This document shows positions 1-9,448 of a stretch of DNA of 64,000 bases, piece by piece. The position numbers and the translations under genes are program-made. Source of the DNA: an uncultured bacterium (GTDB lineage Bacteria > Krumholzibacteriota > Krumholzibacteriia > Krumholzibacteriales > Krumholzibacteriaceae); assembly GCA_963786935.1 (NCBI GenBank), contig CAWBAN010000001.1:256001-320000 (forward strand). Reading direction: 5' to 3'. Each line of letters opens with the position of its first letter. The stretch's first letter is position 1. Under the pieces are notes generated by a model. It saw only the letters and a list, made by a program, of their open reading frames with translations. It searched no databases and was not told where the DNA came from.

Positions 1-2
1 CA

Positions 3-1727
3 GCCGGGAGACGAACGTCGAGAGACGCGGCATGGCTCGCCGCCGTCGCGTGCCTCGCGGCGCTCTCGGCGTGCGCGCTCGCCGGCGGGGCGCACGCGCG
101 CGCCGGAGACAAGGAGAAAACGATCGTGGAGGCGGTGTATTACAACGGGAAGATCCATACGCTGGACGCGGCTCGACCGGTCGTCGAGGCGATCTCGGTC
201 GCCGGGGGACGCGTCGTCGAGACGGGAAGCTCGCGGGAGCTGCTCGAGCGCTCGGCGCCGCTCACGCGGACGATCGATCTCGGGGGGCGCGCCGTCATCC
301 CGGGCCTCACCGACGCCCACGCTCATTTTCTCGGGTACGCCAAGCTCGCCACGCGGCTCGATCTCGTCGGCACGGCATCGCTCGACGAGATTCTTGGAAT
401 GGTCGCCGCGAAGGCCGCTTCCATCCGGACCGGAGAATGGATTCTCGGGAGAGGCTGGGACCAGAACGACTGGCCCGATACGCGCTATCCGGAGCGCCCG
501 GCCCTCGACCGGATCGCGCCGGACAATCCCGTCTTTCTCGTCCGCGTCTGCGGGCACGCGGCGTACGTCAATTCGGCCGCGCTCCGCGCGGCCGGTGTCT
601 CGCGGAGCACCGCGGATCCGCAGGGCGGAAAGATCCTCCGGGACGCGCGGGGGGAGCCGACGGGCATCCTCCTCGATAACGCCGTGGAGCTCGTGTCGAA
701 GGCCGTTCCGCCCCTCTCGCGGGACGAGAAGAGAACGCTCATGGTCGCCGCCGCGCACCGGTGCCTCGCCGCCGGCCTCGTCGGCGTCCATGAGATGGGA
801 ATCGCGGCCGAGGACGTCTCTCTCTACGAGGAGCTCGCCGCGTCGGGGAGCTTTCCCTTCAGGATCACCGGCTATCTCTCGTCCGACGACCCGGACATCG
901 GGCCTTTCCGTGAGGCCGGTCCGCGAGCCGGCCGCGGCGACGAGCTCTTCCGGATCGTCGGCGCGAAATTCTACGCGGACGGATCGCTCGGGGCGCGGAG
1001 CGCCGCGCTCATCGACGATTACTCGGACGATCCCGGGAACCGGGGCATTCTCATGCAATCCCCCGACAGCCTGTTCCGGCTGATGCTCCCGTGGCGCGAG
1101 CGCGGATTCCAGACCGCAGTGCACGCGATCGGGGACGGCGGCGTCCGCGAAGCGCTCGACGTGTGCGAGCGGCTCGGAGTCGCGCATCCCGCTCCGGACG
1201 CGAGGCCGCGCGTCGAGCACGCACAGATCGTCGCGGCCGGCGACGTTCCGCGGTTCGCGCGCCTCGGGGTAGTTCCGTCGATGCAGTTCATCCACTGCAC
1301 GTCGGACATGCCGTGGGTCGAGGCGCGGATAGGCGCGGAGCGGGCGGCGGGCGCCTACGCCTGGCGCTCCCTCGTCGCCGCGGGAAGCCGTATTCCGGGC
1401 GGGAGCGATTTTCCGGTGGAGTCGATCGATCCGCTGCTCGGCATCCACGCGGCGGTCACGAGGCGGAATCTCGCGGGCGAGCCGCCGGGCGGGTGGCGCC
1501 CCGAGCAGCGTCTCACCGTCGCGGAGGCCGTCGCCGCCTTCACGGTCGAGGCCGCGTACGCGGCGCACGCCGAGGCGGTCGCGGGATCGCTCGCGCCGGG
1601 CAGGCTCGCCGATTTCATCGTGCTGTCGGACGATATCTTCGCGTCGGATCCCGATCGGATACCGGCGATACGCGTGCTGGCGACGGTGCTCGGCGGGGAG
1701 ATCGTTTACCGCTCGGACTCGCTCTAA
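3..1727 (+). CDS. Amidohydrolase (YtcJ/Amidohydro_3 family), probably exported; 5' end lies outside the window
   Basis: PGLTDAHAH, KFYADGSLG, VHAIGD, RVEHAQ and GGSDFPVE motifs. The frame is open upstream of the GTG at 126 and reads ...AWLAAVACLAALSACALAGGAHA (signal-peptide-like) back to the window edge. Confidence 0.88.
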   Translation, partial: AGRRTSRDAAWLAAVACLAALSACALAGGAHARAGDKEKTIVEAVYYNGKIHTLDAARPVVEAISVAGGRVVETGSSRELLERSAPLTRTIDLGGRAVIPGLTDAHAHFLGYAKLATRLDLVGTASLDEILGMVAAKAASIRTGEWILGRGWDQNDWPDTRYPERPALDRIAPDNPVFLVRVCGHAAYVNSAALRAAGVSRSTADPQGGKILRDARGEPTGILLDNAVELVSKAVPPLSRDEKRTLMVAAAHRCLAAGLVGVHEMGIAAEDVSLYEELAASGSFPFRITGYLSSDDPDIGPFREAGPRAGRGDELFRIVGAKFYADGSLGARSAALIDDYSDDPGNRGILMQSPDSLFRLMLPWRERGFQTAVHAIGDGGVREALDVCERLGVAHPAPDARPRVEHAQIVAAGDVPRFARLGVVPSMQFIHCTSDMPWVEARIGAERAAGAYAWRSLVAAGSRIPGGSDFPVESIDPLLGIHAAVTRRNLAGEPPGGWRPEQRLTVAEAVAAFTVEAAYAAHAEAVAGSLAPGRLADFIVLSDDIFASDPDRIPAIRVLATVLGGEIVYRSDSL

Positions 1728-3426
1728 TCCTCTCTCGTTCTCGGCAGAATCGTCGGAAGGGGAAGATCTCTCGAAGCGAGGAGCATCTTGGCGAGCTCCT
1801 CCTGCGGATTGGCGTATCCGAACACGTACGAGATGTTCTTGATCATCTCATCGACGAGAATCATCGAAATCGCGGGATAGGCGAGCGACGGCGACACCGA
1901 CGCCGCGAGCACCTCGCGCTCCGCCTCGCCGCGCTCGAGCCCGAGCGTCGAGACGAGATACCCGGCCGCGGCCTCCGAGGTCATCGTGCCCGCGTGCAGG
2001 GAGAGGACGACGATGAGCCGCGCGTACTGCCGCACCTGATCCTCGAGGACGAGGTTGTAGAGCGCGGCGTCGCGCTTTTTGATCTCCGCCGAAAGCTCGA
2101 GAACGGCGAGGTAGCGCCATCCGGCCTCGAAGGTGGCGCTCGCGAAGATCTCCGCGACCGTATCCCGGGCCGCGCATCGGAGCAGGCCCGGCTCGAGCAT
2201 GCGCGGGACGGCGTCGAGGAGCGCGAACCGCAGCGCCGCCTCGCTCTCGCGCCTCGCTCCCGCCGGAAGCGCGACGGCCATCCGGCACGGGGGCGCCGGG
2301 CCCGCCGCCGCGACCGCCGCGGCCTCGCGGGCCGGGGGAATCGAGAGGCAGGGGTTCTCCGAGGAGCGCGAGACGTACCGCGGCGACGACGGGTACGCGA
2401 TCGCGACCCGCTCGCGCGGCGGATTCCCCGGGGGAGCGCCCCGGTCGCAGAGGGCCTCGAGCGCGGCGAGCACGCGGGCGGCCTTCGCCTCGAAGGGCTC
2501 GTCTGCCGGGCGCCGGGCGGCCGCCGTGTCCGCGCGCGCCCCCCGCTCCCGCTCGTACTCGATGCGCCTGATGAGGGCCGAGCGCTCGCCCTCGATGCGC
2601 GTGATCTGCTTCTGCGCCTCGGTGACGAGCATGTTCGGATCGGAATCGATCATTTCGTCGTAGCGGAAAATTTTCGTCAGATTCTCCGAGCCGATGATGG
2701 TGCGCCCGTAGGAGGCCGGCAGGAGCGTCGAGGACGCGAATTCGCGGAAATCCCGAATCGCGAATCTCACGGCGTCGAACTCGGCGCTGAGCGATGTCCC
2801 GTATCTCGCCTCCACGAGGCGCGCGAGCCGGGGAAGCCCCGCCTCGAGCGTGTCGAGCCGCTCGAGCGCGCGCCGCAGGTGCCAATCGGCGGGATTCTCG
2901 AGATTCACCGTTCCGTTCGAGAGGAGGGGGGAACGCGGAGGATGCGTTTCCGGTAGGCCTCGAGCTCGCCGTCGTACGGCGGCGCGATTCTCGACGGTAT
3001 CGTCCAGAGCGCCTCTTCCGCGGCCCACGTGTAGAGCAGGGGATTCGAGCGCGTCGAGCCGAGGATTTCGAAGGCGAACCGCTCGCCCCGGAGCCGGTTG
3101 ATGATGACCGTCGCGCGGTCCACGTCGGCCGCGTCCAGACGCCCCGCCGGCAGTTTCGAGAACCGGGATTCGAGGCCCTTCAGCTGCTTGATCGCCTCGT
3201 CGATCTCCTGCTTCGAGTAGGTGAAGAGGAGCGAGTCGGCCGATGCGAAGCCGAGTCGCGAACAGCGGAGCGGTTCGATCCGGATGGAGAGCTCCACGGC
3301 ACTCGAGGCGAGTCGCCGGTACGCGTCGTCGTCGTCCGCGGTGTTTTTCCCGCCGCCGCATCCCGCGGCGAGGGACGCGAACAGGACGACGGCTGATACG
3401 GCGCGGATCGATCCGGGGGCTTTCAC
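1724..3426 (-). CDS. DUF885-like lipoprotein with an apparent frameshift near 2926-2931
   Basis: ORF 2905..3426 has a lipobox (LAAGC). ORF 1724..~2930 has a DUF885-like C-terminus (FEAGW, ARLIVVLSLH, EAEREV...P). The two frames join if the G6 run at 2926-2931 is G7. Confidence 0.65.
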
Positions 3427-3633
3427 TCGGCTCCTCTCGCCGCGCGAGGCGTCGCCATCCCTCCGGCCGCGCCCGCGCGTTTCATGCTATATAACCACTC
3501 CCCGCGCGCAAGTAAACAGCTTTCGTCTCCTTCCCGGGGGGAAGAAATTCGCTTATTTCCTTGAGGAGCGCGTCCCGTTTTGCGTACAATTCGCCGACAG
3601 GAATCGCCGTCGTTCGGGCCGGAAGGAGCGCTG

Positions 3634-5097
3634 GTGAACGAGAGGCGCGGAACCGCCGGAAGAAGTCTCATATCGAACCGCTTCGCGGTGATCACCATCG
3701 CGATTCTGTTCGGCGCGAGCCTCGCCGGCTGGATCGCCACCGAGCTCGTTCCCCCCGATTTTCCCGCGCGGGAGGCCTTCTTCCGCGCGGCGTGGGGCAA
3801 CGCGGCCGTCACGGCCGTCACGGCGCTCCGCCTCTTCGATCCCTTCCACTCACTCTGGTATCGTTTCGTCCTCGGGTTCTTCTGCGTCGTGCTGTTCCTC
3901 TGCGTCGTGTCGCGATGGAGGCAGCTGGCGCTGAGCTCGCTCCGCGCGTCGCTCCCCGCCGCCCCCGGCGAGCTCGGCGGAAAGCGGCTCTCGTTCGAAT
4001 TCTCCTGGCGGTCCCTCGCGAGCGGCGGCGGGGGTTCCCGGGATCCCGTCGCGCACTTCGCCGAGCGGTACGGGCGCGCCGAGCCGGTCGACGCGGAAAC
4101 GCTGCGCCGCTCTTTCTCCCGCATCGCCGCGCTTCTCCGGAAGCGGGGATACCGCGTGATTGACCGGGAGAGCCCGGCGGGCATCGCGTTCGCCGCGGTC
4201 GCGGGAAGGCTGCGTTCGCCGGGAACCATGCTCTTCCACGCGGGCATTCTCGTGATCACGATCGGCGGCATCATCGGCAGCTACGGCGGCTGGCGCGAGA
4301 TGGTGTACGTGCGGGAGGGGACGGCCGTTCCGTTCCCGCGGGACAGCTCGCTCTCGATACGCGTCGACGATTTCGAGATCCGGATGACGGAACGCGGGGA
4401 GATACGGAGCTTCGTGTCGACCGTCTCGGTCGCCGACGAGCGGGGAGTCGCCGTCGCTTTCGGCGACGTCGAGGTCAACCGGCCGATGAAGGTCGGCGGC
4501 CGCCGCATCTATCAGAGCGAATACTCCACCGACGACGACGAGTTCGCGCTGGCCCGCATCGAGTACGCGCTGCCGGAGCGGGGCGCGCGCGGCTCGATCG
4601 ATCTCGTCTCCGCCGCTCCGGCTGCGCTCGACAGCGGGCGCGTCGTCGTCACGGTGCTCCGTTTCTTTCCCGATTTCCGGATGGGCTCGAGCGGGCCGTT
4701 CACGGCGAGCCCGTATCCTTCGAATCCGGCCCTCGAGATCGAAGTGGCGTACGGGGGGGACGTGGAGCGCGGATGGCTCTTCCTCTACCACCGTGACTTC
4801 AACACGCGGTTCATCGCGCCCGTCGAGCTCGCGTTCACCCGCTTCGAGCCCGTGTACTACACGGGGCTCGAGGTGAGCGCCGATCCCGGAACGGGGGTCC
4901 TCATCGCGGGCTTCGCCGCCGCCACGCTCGGGCTGCTCCTCATGTACGGCTGCAATCCGCGCGTGGTGAAGGGCTTCGCCCGCCCCGACGGCGTCGTCGT
5001 GGCGGCGCTCGAGCCCCGGTGGCGGGCGAGCTTCGAACGGGAATTCGCCGATCTTCGCGAATCGATGAGAAAAGAGCTCGGACAGGGGGGAGGATAG
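3634..5097 (+). CDS. resB: Cytochrome c biogenesis protein ResB/Ccs1 (system II)
   Basis: N-terminal TMs with FDPFHSLWY, conserved His in LFHAGILVITIGG, VNRPM...IYQS, and C-terminal GLEVSADPG plus a TM. Adjacent to ccsA. GTG follows an AAGGAG RBS. Confidence 0.85.
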   Translation: MNERRGTAGRSLISNRFAVITIAILFGASLAGWIATELVPPDFPAREAFFRAAWGNAAVTAVTALRLFDPFHSLWYRFVLGFFCVVLFLCVVSRWRQLALSSLRASLPAAPGELGGKRLSFEFSWRSLASGGGGSRDPVAHFAERYGRAEPVDAETLRRSFSRIAALLRKRGYRVIDRESPAGIAFAAVAGRLRSPGTMLFHAGILVITIGGIIGSYGGWREMVYVREGTAVPFPRDSSLSIRVDDFEIRMTERGEIRSFVSTVSVADERGVAVAFGDVEVNRPMKVGGRRIYQSEYSTDDDEFALARIEYALPERGARGSIDLVSAAPAALDSGRVVVTVLRFFPDFRMGSSGPFTASPYPSNPALEIEVAYGGDVERGWLFLYHRDFNTRFIAPVELAFTRFEPVYYTGLEVSADPGTGVLIAGFAAATLGLLLMYGCNPRVVKGFARPDGVVVAALEPRWRASFEREFADLRESMRKELGQGGG

Positions 5098-5099
5098 CC

Positions 5100-5914
5100 G
5101 TGACATCTGCGCTGGATACGAGATTCTTCTGGCTGTCGTTCTGGCTGTATCTCGCCGCGTTCCTCGTCTTCTGCGGCTACGCGGCCATCCGTCGGCGCGG
5201 CATCGGAATCGCGGCGACGGTCGCGTTCCTCGGCGCGTTCTCGCTGCACACGGCGGGTCTCGCCGCGCGGTGGGTCATCACGACGCATCCGCCCTTTTCG
5301 ACGATGTACGAATACGCCGTGACGATGTCGTGGGCCGTGGCGCTCTCGTTCATCGTCGTCATGGCGCGATTCCGGCGGATGGCGCTCGGGGTGGTCGTGT
5401 CCCCCGTGCTGCTCGTCGTCCTCGTCATCGCCTCGCTCCTGCCGAAGGAAGCGTCGAAGCAGCTCATGCCGGCGCTCCAGAGCTACTGGTTCTACATCCA
5501 CGTGACCCTCGCCGCGTGCGCGGAGGGCGCCTTCATCGTGGCCGCCGGCGCGGGGATCGTCTATCTCCTCCGCCGCCGTTCCGGGACGGGGAGCGGAGCG
5601 TGCTCCCCTCGCCCGACCTGCTCGAGGAGATCATCTCGCGTTCGCTCCGCATCGGGTACCCGCTCTTCACGATCGGAGCGCTCTTCGCCGGCGCGATATG
5701 GGCGCGGTACGCCTGGGGGAGATTCTGGAGCTGGGATCCGAAGGAGACGGGTTCGCTCGTCCTCTGGCTCTACTACACCCTCGTGCTCCATCAGAACGTG
5801 CGCGGCGCCTGGCGCGGCAGAACGCTCGCGATCCTTTCGATCGTGGGGCTCGCGATCGCCATCGTCTCGTTTCTCGGGAATCTCTTCTTCGGCGGGATGC
5901 ACTCGTACGTGTGA
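5100..5914 (+). CDS. ccsA: Cytochrome c biogenesis protein CcsA with an apparent frameshift near 5583-5591
   Basis: The first frame has HPPFSTMYE and PALQSYWFYIHV. The second has the WWD domain (GAIWARYAWGRFWSWDPKE) and terminal GMHSY. One extra G at GGG 5583-5585 joins them (RSGDGERSVLPS). Confidence 0.88.
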
Positions 5915-6021
5915 GCCGCCCCGTCACGCGGGTCCTGTCGGCGATTGCACCCCGTCCGTGCTCGCTCGCAAAGCTCGCTCCGCCCGGCCGGGGGCCCCAT
6001 CGCCGCCACCCGCGCGCGAGA

Positions 6022-7500
6022 TTATCTGATCAGGAGGATCTTTCGTTCGACGCGCAGCTTGCCCGCGCGGGCGAGCGCGAAGTAGACGCCCGGCGGGAGG
6101 GGACGGCCGGCGCCGTCCGCGCCGTCCCAGGCGATCCGATGCGCGCCCCGCGCGACCGGCCCCGAAAGCAGGCTCCGCACGCGGCGTCCGCTCGCGTCGT
6201 AGATCGTTACGCTCGCCGCGCACGCCCCGGGCACGGAGAGCTCGATGCTCGTCGAGGCGCCGAACGGATTCGGAGCGACCGCCATGGCGAGCCGGATATC
6301 CGGCGGGGGAGGCGGACCGGCGTCCCCGTCCGCCGTTCCGTTCGAAGGATCGATGTATTCGCGGTAATAGATCTCCTGATTGCCGTCGCGCGAGTCGACC
6401 CAGGCGAGGTGGAGGTTCCGGTTCGGCCCCGCGATGAGGCAGGGGAGCTCCGATATGCCGACGGCGTTCGTGATGCGGACCGGCCCCGTCCAGGCGCCGG
6501 CGACGCGCCTTCTGAAGTAGATCTCCGAGTTCGAGGCGTCCTCGCTCCGCCAGTAGGCGAGCACGGCCTCTCCGTCCGCGGCGGCGATGCTCGGGTGATA
6601 GTGCGTCCTCGCTTCGTTCGTGAGCGCGATCTCACTCTCCCACCCGGCCGGGCCGCGCCGGCGATAATAGATCTGCTCGAACGATCCCCGCTTGTCGATC
6701 CAGGCGACGTGCACGAATCCGCTGTCGTCGACCGCGATGCTCGGCCGCATCGCGTTGTTCGCCGGATCGGTGAGGAGCACCTCGTCGAGCCAGACGCTTC
6801 CGGACCATTCGCGGTAGTAGATCTTTCCGATGAGCGTGTCCCCCCGCGTGTCCCACCACGCGACATGAAGCGATCCGCCGGGACCCGCGACCATCGACGG
6901 AACCATGCGGTTCCCCGTCGCGATGTTCGTGAGGGGCACCGCCGCCGTCCATTTGTTGCTCTTGAAGGCGCGGTAGAGGATCTGGAGATTTCCCGAGGCG
7001 TCCTCCTCCATGTAGACCATGTGCAGGGTGTCCGCCTCGGCGGCGAGCGCCGATCCGAACGATTCTCCCGGGGTGTTCGTGACGCGCCGGTCGTCGTCCC
7101 ATATGCCGGCCCAGTTGTTGTGATAGATTTCTTTGTTTCCGTCGCGCTCGTCGTTCCAGGCGAGATGCAGCCAACCCGAGTCGTCCACCGCGAGATTCGG
7201 TCTCGCCGAATAGGCGGGATCGTTCGTGACGCGTTCGTCGGCGCCCCAGGCTGCCCCCGCTCTCATCTTGTGGTAGATTTCGAAGTTTCTATCCCGCTCG
7301 TCGAGCCAAACGACGTGGAGATTGCCTTCGAGGTCCACGGCGAGCCATTTCGCGTTGTTGGGGGCCGTGAAGGAGGTGGCGGCGTCGTTCGTCAGACGCA
7401 CTTCGGGCTGCCAGCCCGCCTGAAGCGCGGCCTGTCCGCTTGAAAAGGCAAGCGAAGTGATCGCCGTAACCAATAATATTAGATGAAAATAGGAGTGCAT
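6022..7500 (-). CDS. Secreted seven-repeat beta-propeller-like protein with C-terminal FlgD-Ig/T9SS-type domain
   Basis: Signal peptide MHSYFHLILLVTAITSLAFS. Seven repeats of RxTN...P.IAVD..G.LH.AW.D.R.GN.EIY. C-terminus PNPF...IYDASGRRVRSL...WDG.D..G..LP.GVYF. Confidence 0.8.
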   Translation of the reverse strand: MHSYFHLILLVTAITSLAFSSGQAALQAGWQPEVRLTNDAATSFTAPNNAKWLAVDLEGNLHVVWLDERDRNFEIYHKMRAGAAWGADERVTNDPAYSARPNLAVDDSGWLHLAWNDERDGNKEIYHNNWAGIWDDDRRVTNTPGESFGSALAAEADTLHMVYMEEDASGNLQILYRAFKSNKWTAAVPLTNIATGNRMVPSMVAGPGGSLHVAWWDTRGDTLIGKIYYREWSGSVWLDEVLLTDPANNAMRPSIAVDDSGFVHVAWIDKRGSFEQIYYRRRGPAGWESEIALTNEARTHYHPSIAAADGEAVLAYWRSEDASNSEIYFRRRVAGAWTGPVRITNAVGISELPCLIAGPNRNLHLAWVDSRDGNQEIYYREYIDPSNGTADGDAGPPPPPDIRLAMAVAPNPFGASTSIELSVPGACAASVTIYDASGRRVRSLLSGPVARGAHRIAWDGADGAGRPLPPGVYFALARAGKLRVERKILLIR

Positions 7501-7582
7501 AGCACGCGGGCAGCGATCGGCCGATTCGGCTGTGGCGTCGATTCGAAGGGACACGTTCGCTCACCAGTTCCTTCCGGCCCGC

Positions 7583-7633
7583 GCGGGGGGCGCGCGCCTG
7601 ATATGAATGTAAGCCCTGGACGCGCCCCCCCGC
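7583..7633. repeat. GC-rich inverted repeat in a divergent promoter region
   Basis: GGGGGGCGCG (7585-7594) pairs with CGCGCCCCCC (7621-7630), extended by GC/GC with a one-base bulge, around a spacer with an AT-rich core. Confidence 0.5.
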
Positions 7634-7744
7634 AACCGATAAAATTTTAATTCATTCTGTCATAGCGAGTTGCCTCCTGGCACTAACAATGCTTCAGATT
7701 CCGGCGGGAGAGTATGCCTTAGGTTTTATCGCCGGGAGGATCGC

Positions 7745-9448
7745 ATGAGATCGCGGCGTTCGAGCATCGCCGTGCTTTGCCTGTTTCTCGTATGCGCGGC
7801 CGGATGCGGCAAGCGCGACCGGAACGGCGCGGGAGGCGCGCCGTCGGGCCGCAGTGCGTCCTCGGCCGGTCGAGAACGCAGCGGAGCCGCCGGCGCTCCC
7901 GAGCGCGGCGGCCGGCTCGTTATCGGCATGCAGCAGGAGCCCGAGATCCTCAACGAGGCCGTCAACTCCATGGTCGCTTCCGTCTACGTGTGCAACCTCA
8001 TCTTCAGCAAATTCGTGAAATACAATGATCGCCTCGAGCTCGTCCCCGACCTCATCGAGGAGATACCGACCGTCGAGAACGGCGGCATTTCGAGCGACTA
8101 TATCACCTACACGTACCGCATCCGGAGGAACGCCCGGTGGCACGACGGCGTTCCCGTCACGTCGTACGACGTGAAGTTCAGCTACGAGGTCATGATGCAC
8201 CCCGATATCAACGTCGAAACGCGGCAGGGATGGGACGTCGTCGATCGCGTGGAAACGCCCGATTCGTTCACGGTCGTCTTCCATCTGAGCCGGGTGTACT
8301 CGAATTTCGCCGGCGACTGCTTCTACGACGAATCGGTGCTGCCGCGGCACCTCCTCGCGGGCTCGCTCGGGCCGGATTTCCAGAACGCCGCGTTCCACCG
8401 GCGCCCGGTCGGCTCGGGGCCCTTCGTCTTCAAGGAGTGGGTGAGCGGCTCGCATATCGTCGTCCGCGCCAATCCGGACTACTACGGAGACGGTCCCTGG
8501 CTCGACGAGATCGTGATAAAATTCGTTCCCGAGGACGACGCGCTCCTCGTGCAGCTCGAGACCGGGGAGATAGCCGCGATCGATAACGCGCCGAACACGG
8601 CGCTCGCGGCCGCAGCGCAGCTGCCCGGCGCGCGGATCTTCCGGAACGCCGCGCTCTTCAACGAGCACCTCGATCTCAACTGCGAGCATCCGATTCTCCG
8701 CGACCGGCGCGTGCGGCGCGCGCTCGCGCTGGCGACCGACCGGCGGGAGATCTCGGACAAGATCTACGAAGGGGTCTGGATGCCGGCGTACGGTGACGAT
8801 TATCCGCGATCCGCGTATTACTCGGCCGCGGTCGAAACGCTCGACGCGTTCGATCCCGCGCGGGCCGCAGCGCTCCTCGCGGAGGCGGGATGGATCGACC
8901 GCGACGGCGACGGGATCCGCGAGAAGGACGGCACGCCGCTCGCGCTCTCGATCTCGGCGGTGACGGGCAATCTGAACCGCGAGCGCACCGAGATGGTGCT
9001 CCGGGAGCAGTACCGGCGGATCGGAGTCGATCTCGGGATCCGGAACTACACGCCCGGCGAGCTCTATGCGAGCTGGGACGAGGGGGGCGTTCTCCGGCGG
9101 GGCTCGTACGCCATCGCCCTGTACGCCGTCCTCACGCCGCCCGATCCGTCGAACAAGGACGGCACCTATTCCGAGGCGTTTATCCCGCCGAACGGGCAGA
9201 ACTTCACGCGCATCAGGAACGCGCGGCTCTCGCGCCTCCTCGCCGAGGGAAGCACGACGGTCGAGTTTTCCGCGCGCAAGCGGCTCTACGACGAGGCGGC
9301 CGCGATCGTGGCGGAGGAGGCGCCGGTGATTCCGCTCCTCTGGGTGACGCAGCTCGACGTGATGCCGCGCTCCCTCGTCGGCTATCGCCCCAATCCGACG
9401 CAGTCGGGAGACACGTGGAACGCGAATGAGTGGTGGCTGAAGAAATGA
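7745..9448 (+). CDS. oppA: Peptide/nickel ABC transporter substrate-binding lipoprotein (SBP family 5)
   Basis: Lipobox CAAGC; RW.DG.PVT..DVKFS, PVGSGPF, LLAEAGW.D.DGDG.REKDG and PVIPL motifs; GGGAGG RBS. Confidence 0.88.
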   Translation: MRSRRSSIAVLCLFLVCAAGCGKRDRNGAGGAPSGRSASSAGRERSGAAGAPERGGRLVIGMQQEPEILNEAVNSMVASVYVCNLIFSKFVKYNDRLELVPDLIEEIPTVENGGISSDYITYTYRIRRNARWHDGVPVTSYDVKFSYEVMMHPDINVETRQGWDVVDRVETPDSFTVVFHLSRVYSNFAGDCFYDESVLPRHLLAGSLGPDFQNAAFHRRPVGSGPFVFKEWVSGSHIVVRANPDYYGDGPWLDEIVIKFVPEDDALLVQLETGEIAAIDNAPNTALAAAAQLPGARIFRNAALFNEHLDLNCEHPILRDRRVRRALALATDRREISDKIYEGVWMPAYGDDYPRSAYYSAAVETLDAFDPARAAALLAEAGWIDRDGDGIREKDGTPLALSISAVTGNLNRERTEMVLREQYRRIGVDLGIRNYTPGELYASWDEGGVLRRGSYAIALYAVLTPPDPSNKDGTYSEAFIPPNGQNFTRIRNARLSRLLAEGSTTVEFSARKRLYDEAAAIVAEEAPVIPLLWVTQLDVMPRSLVGYRPNPTQSGDTWNANEWWLKK

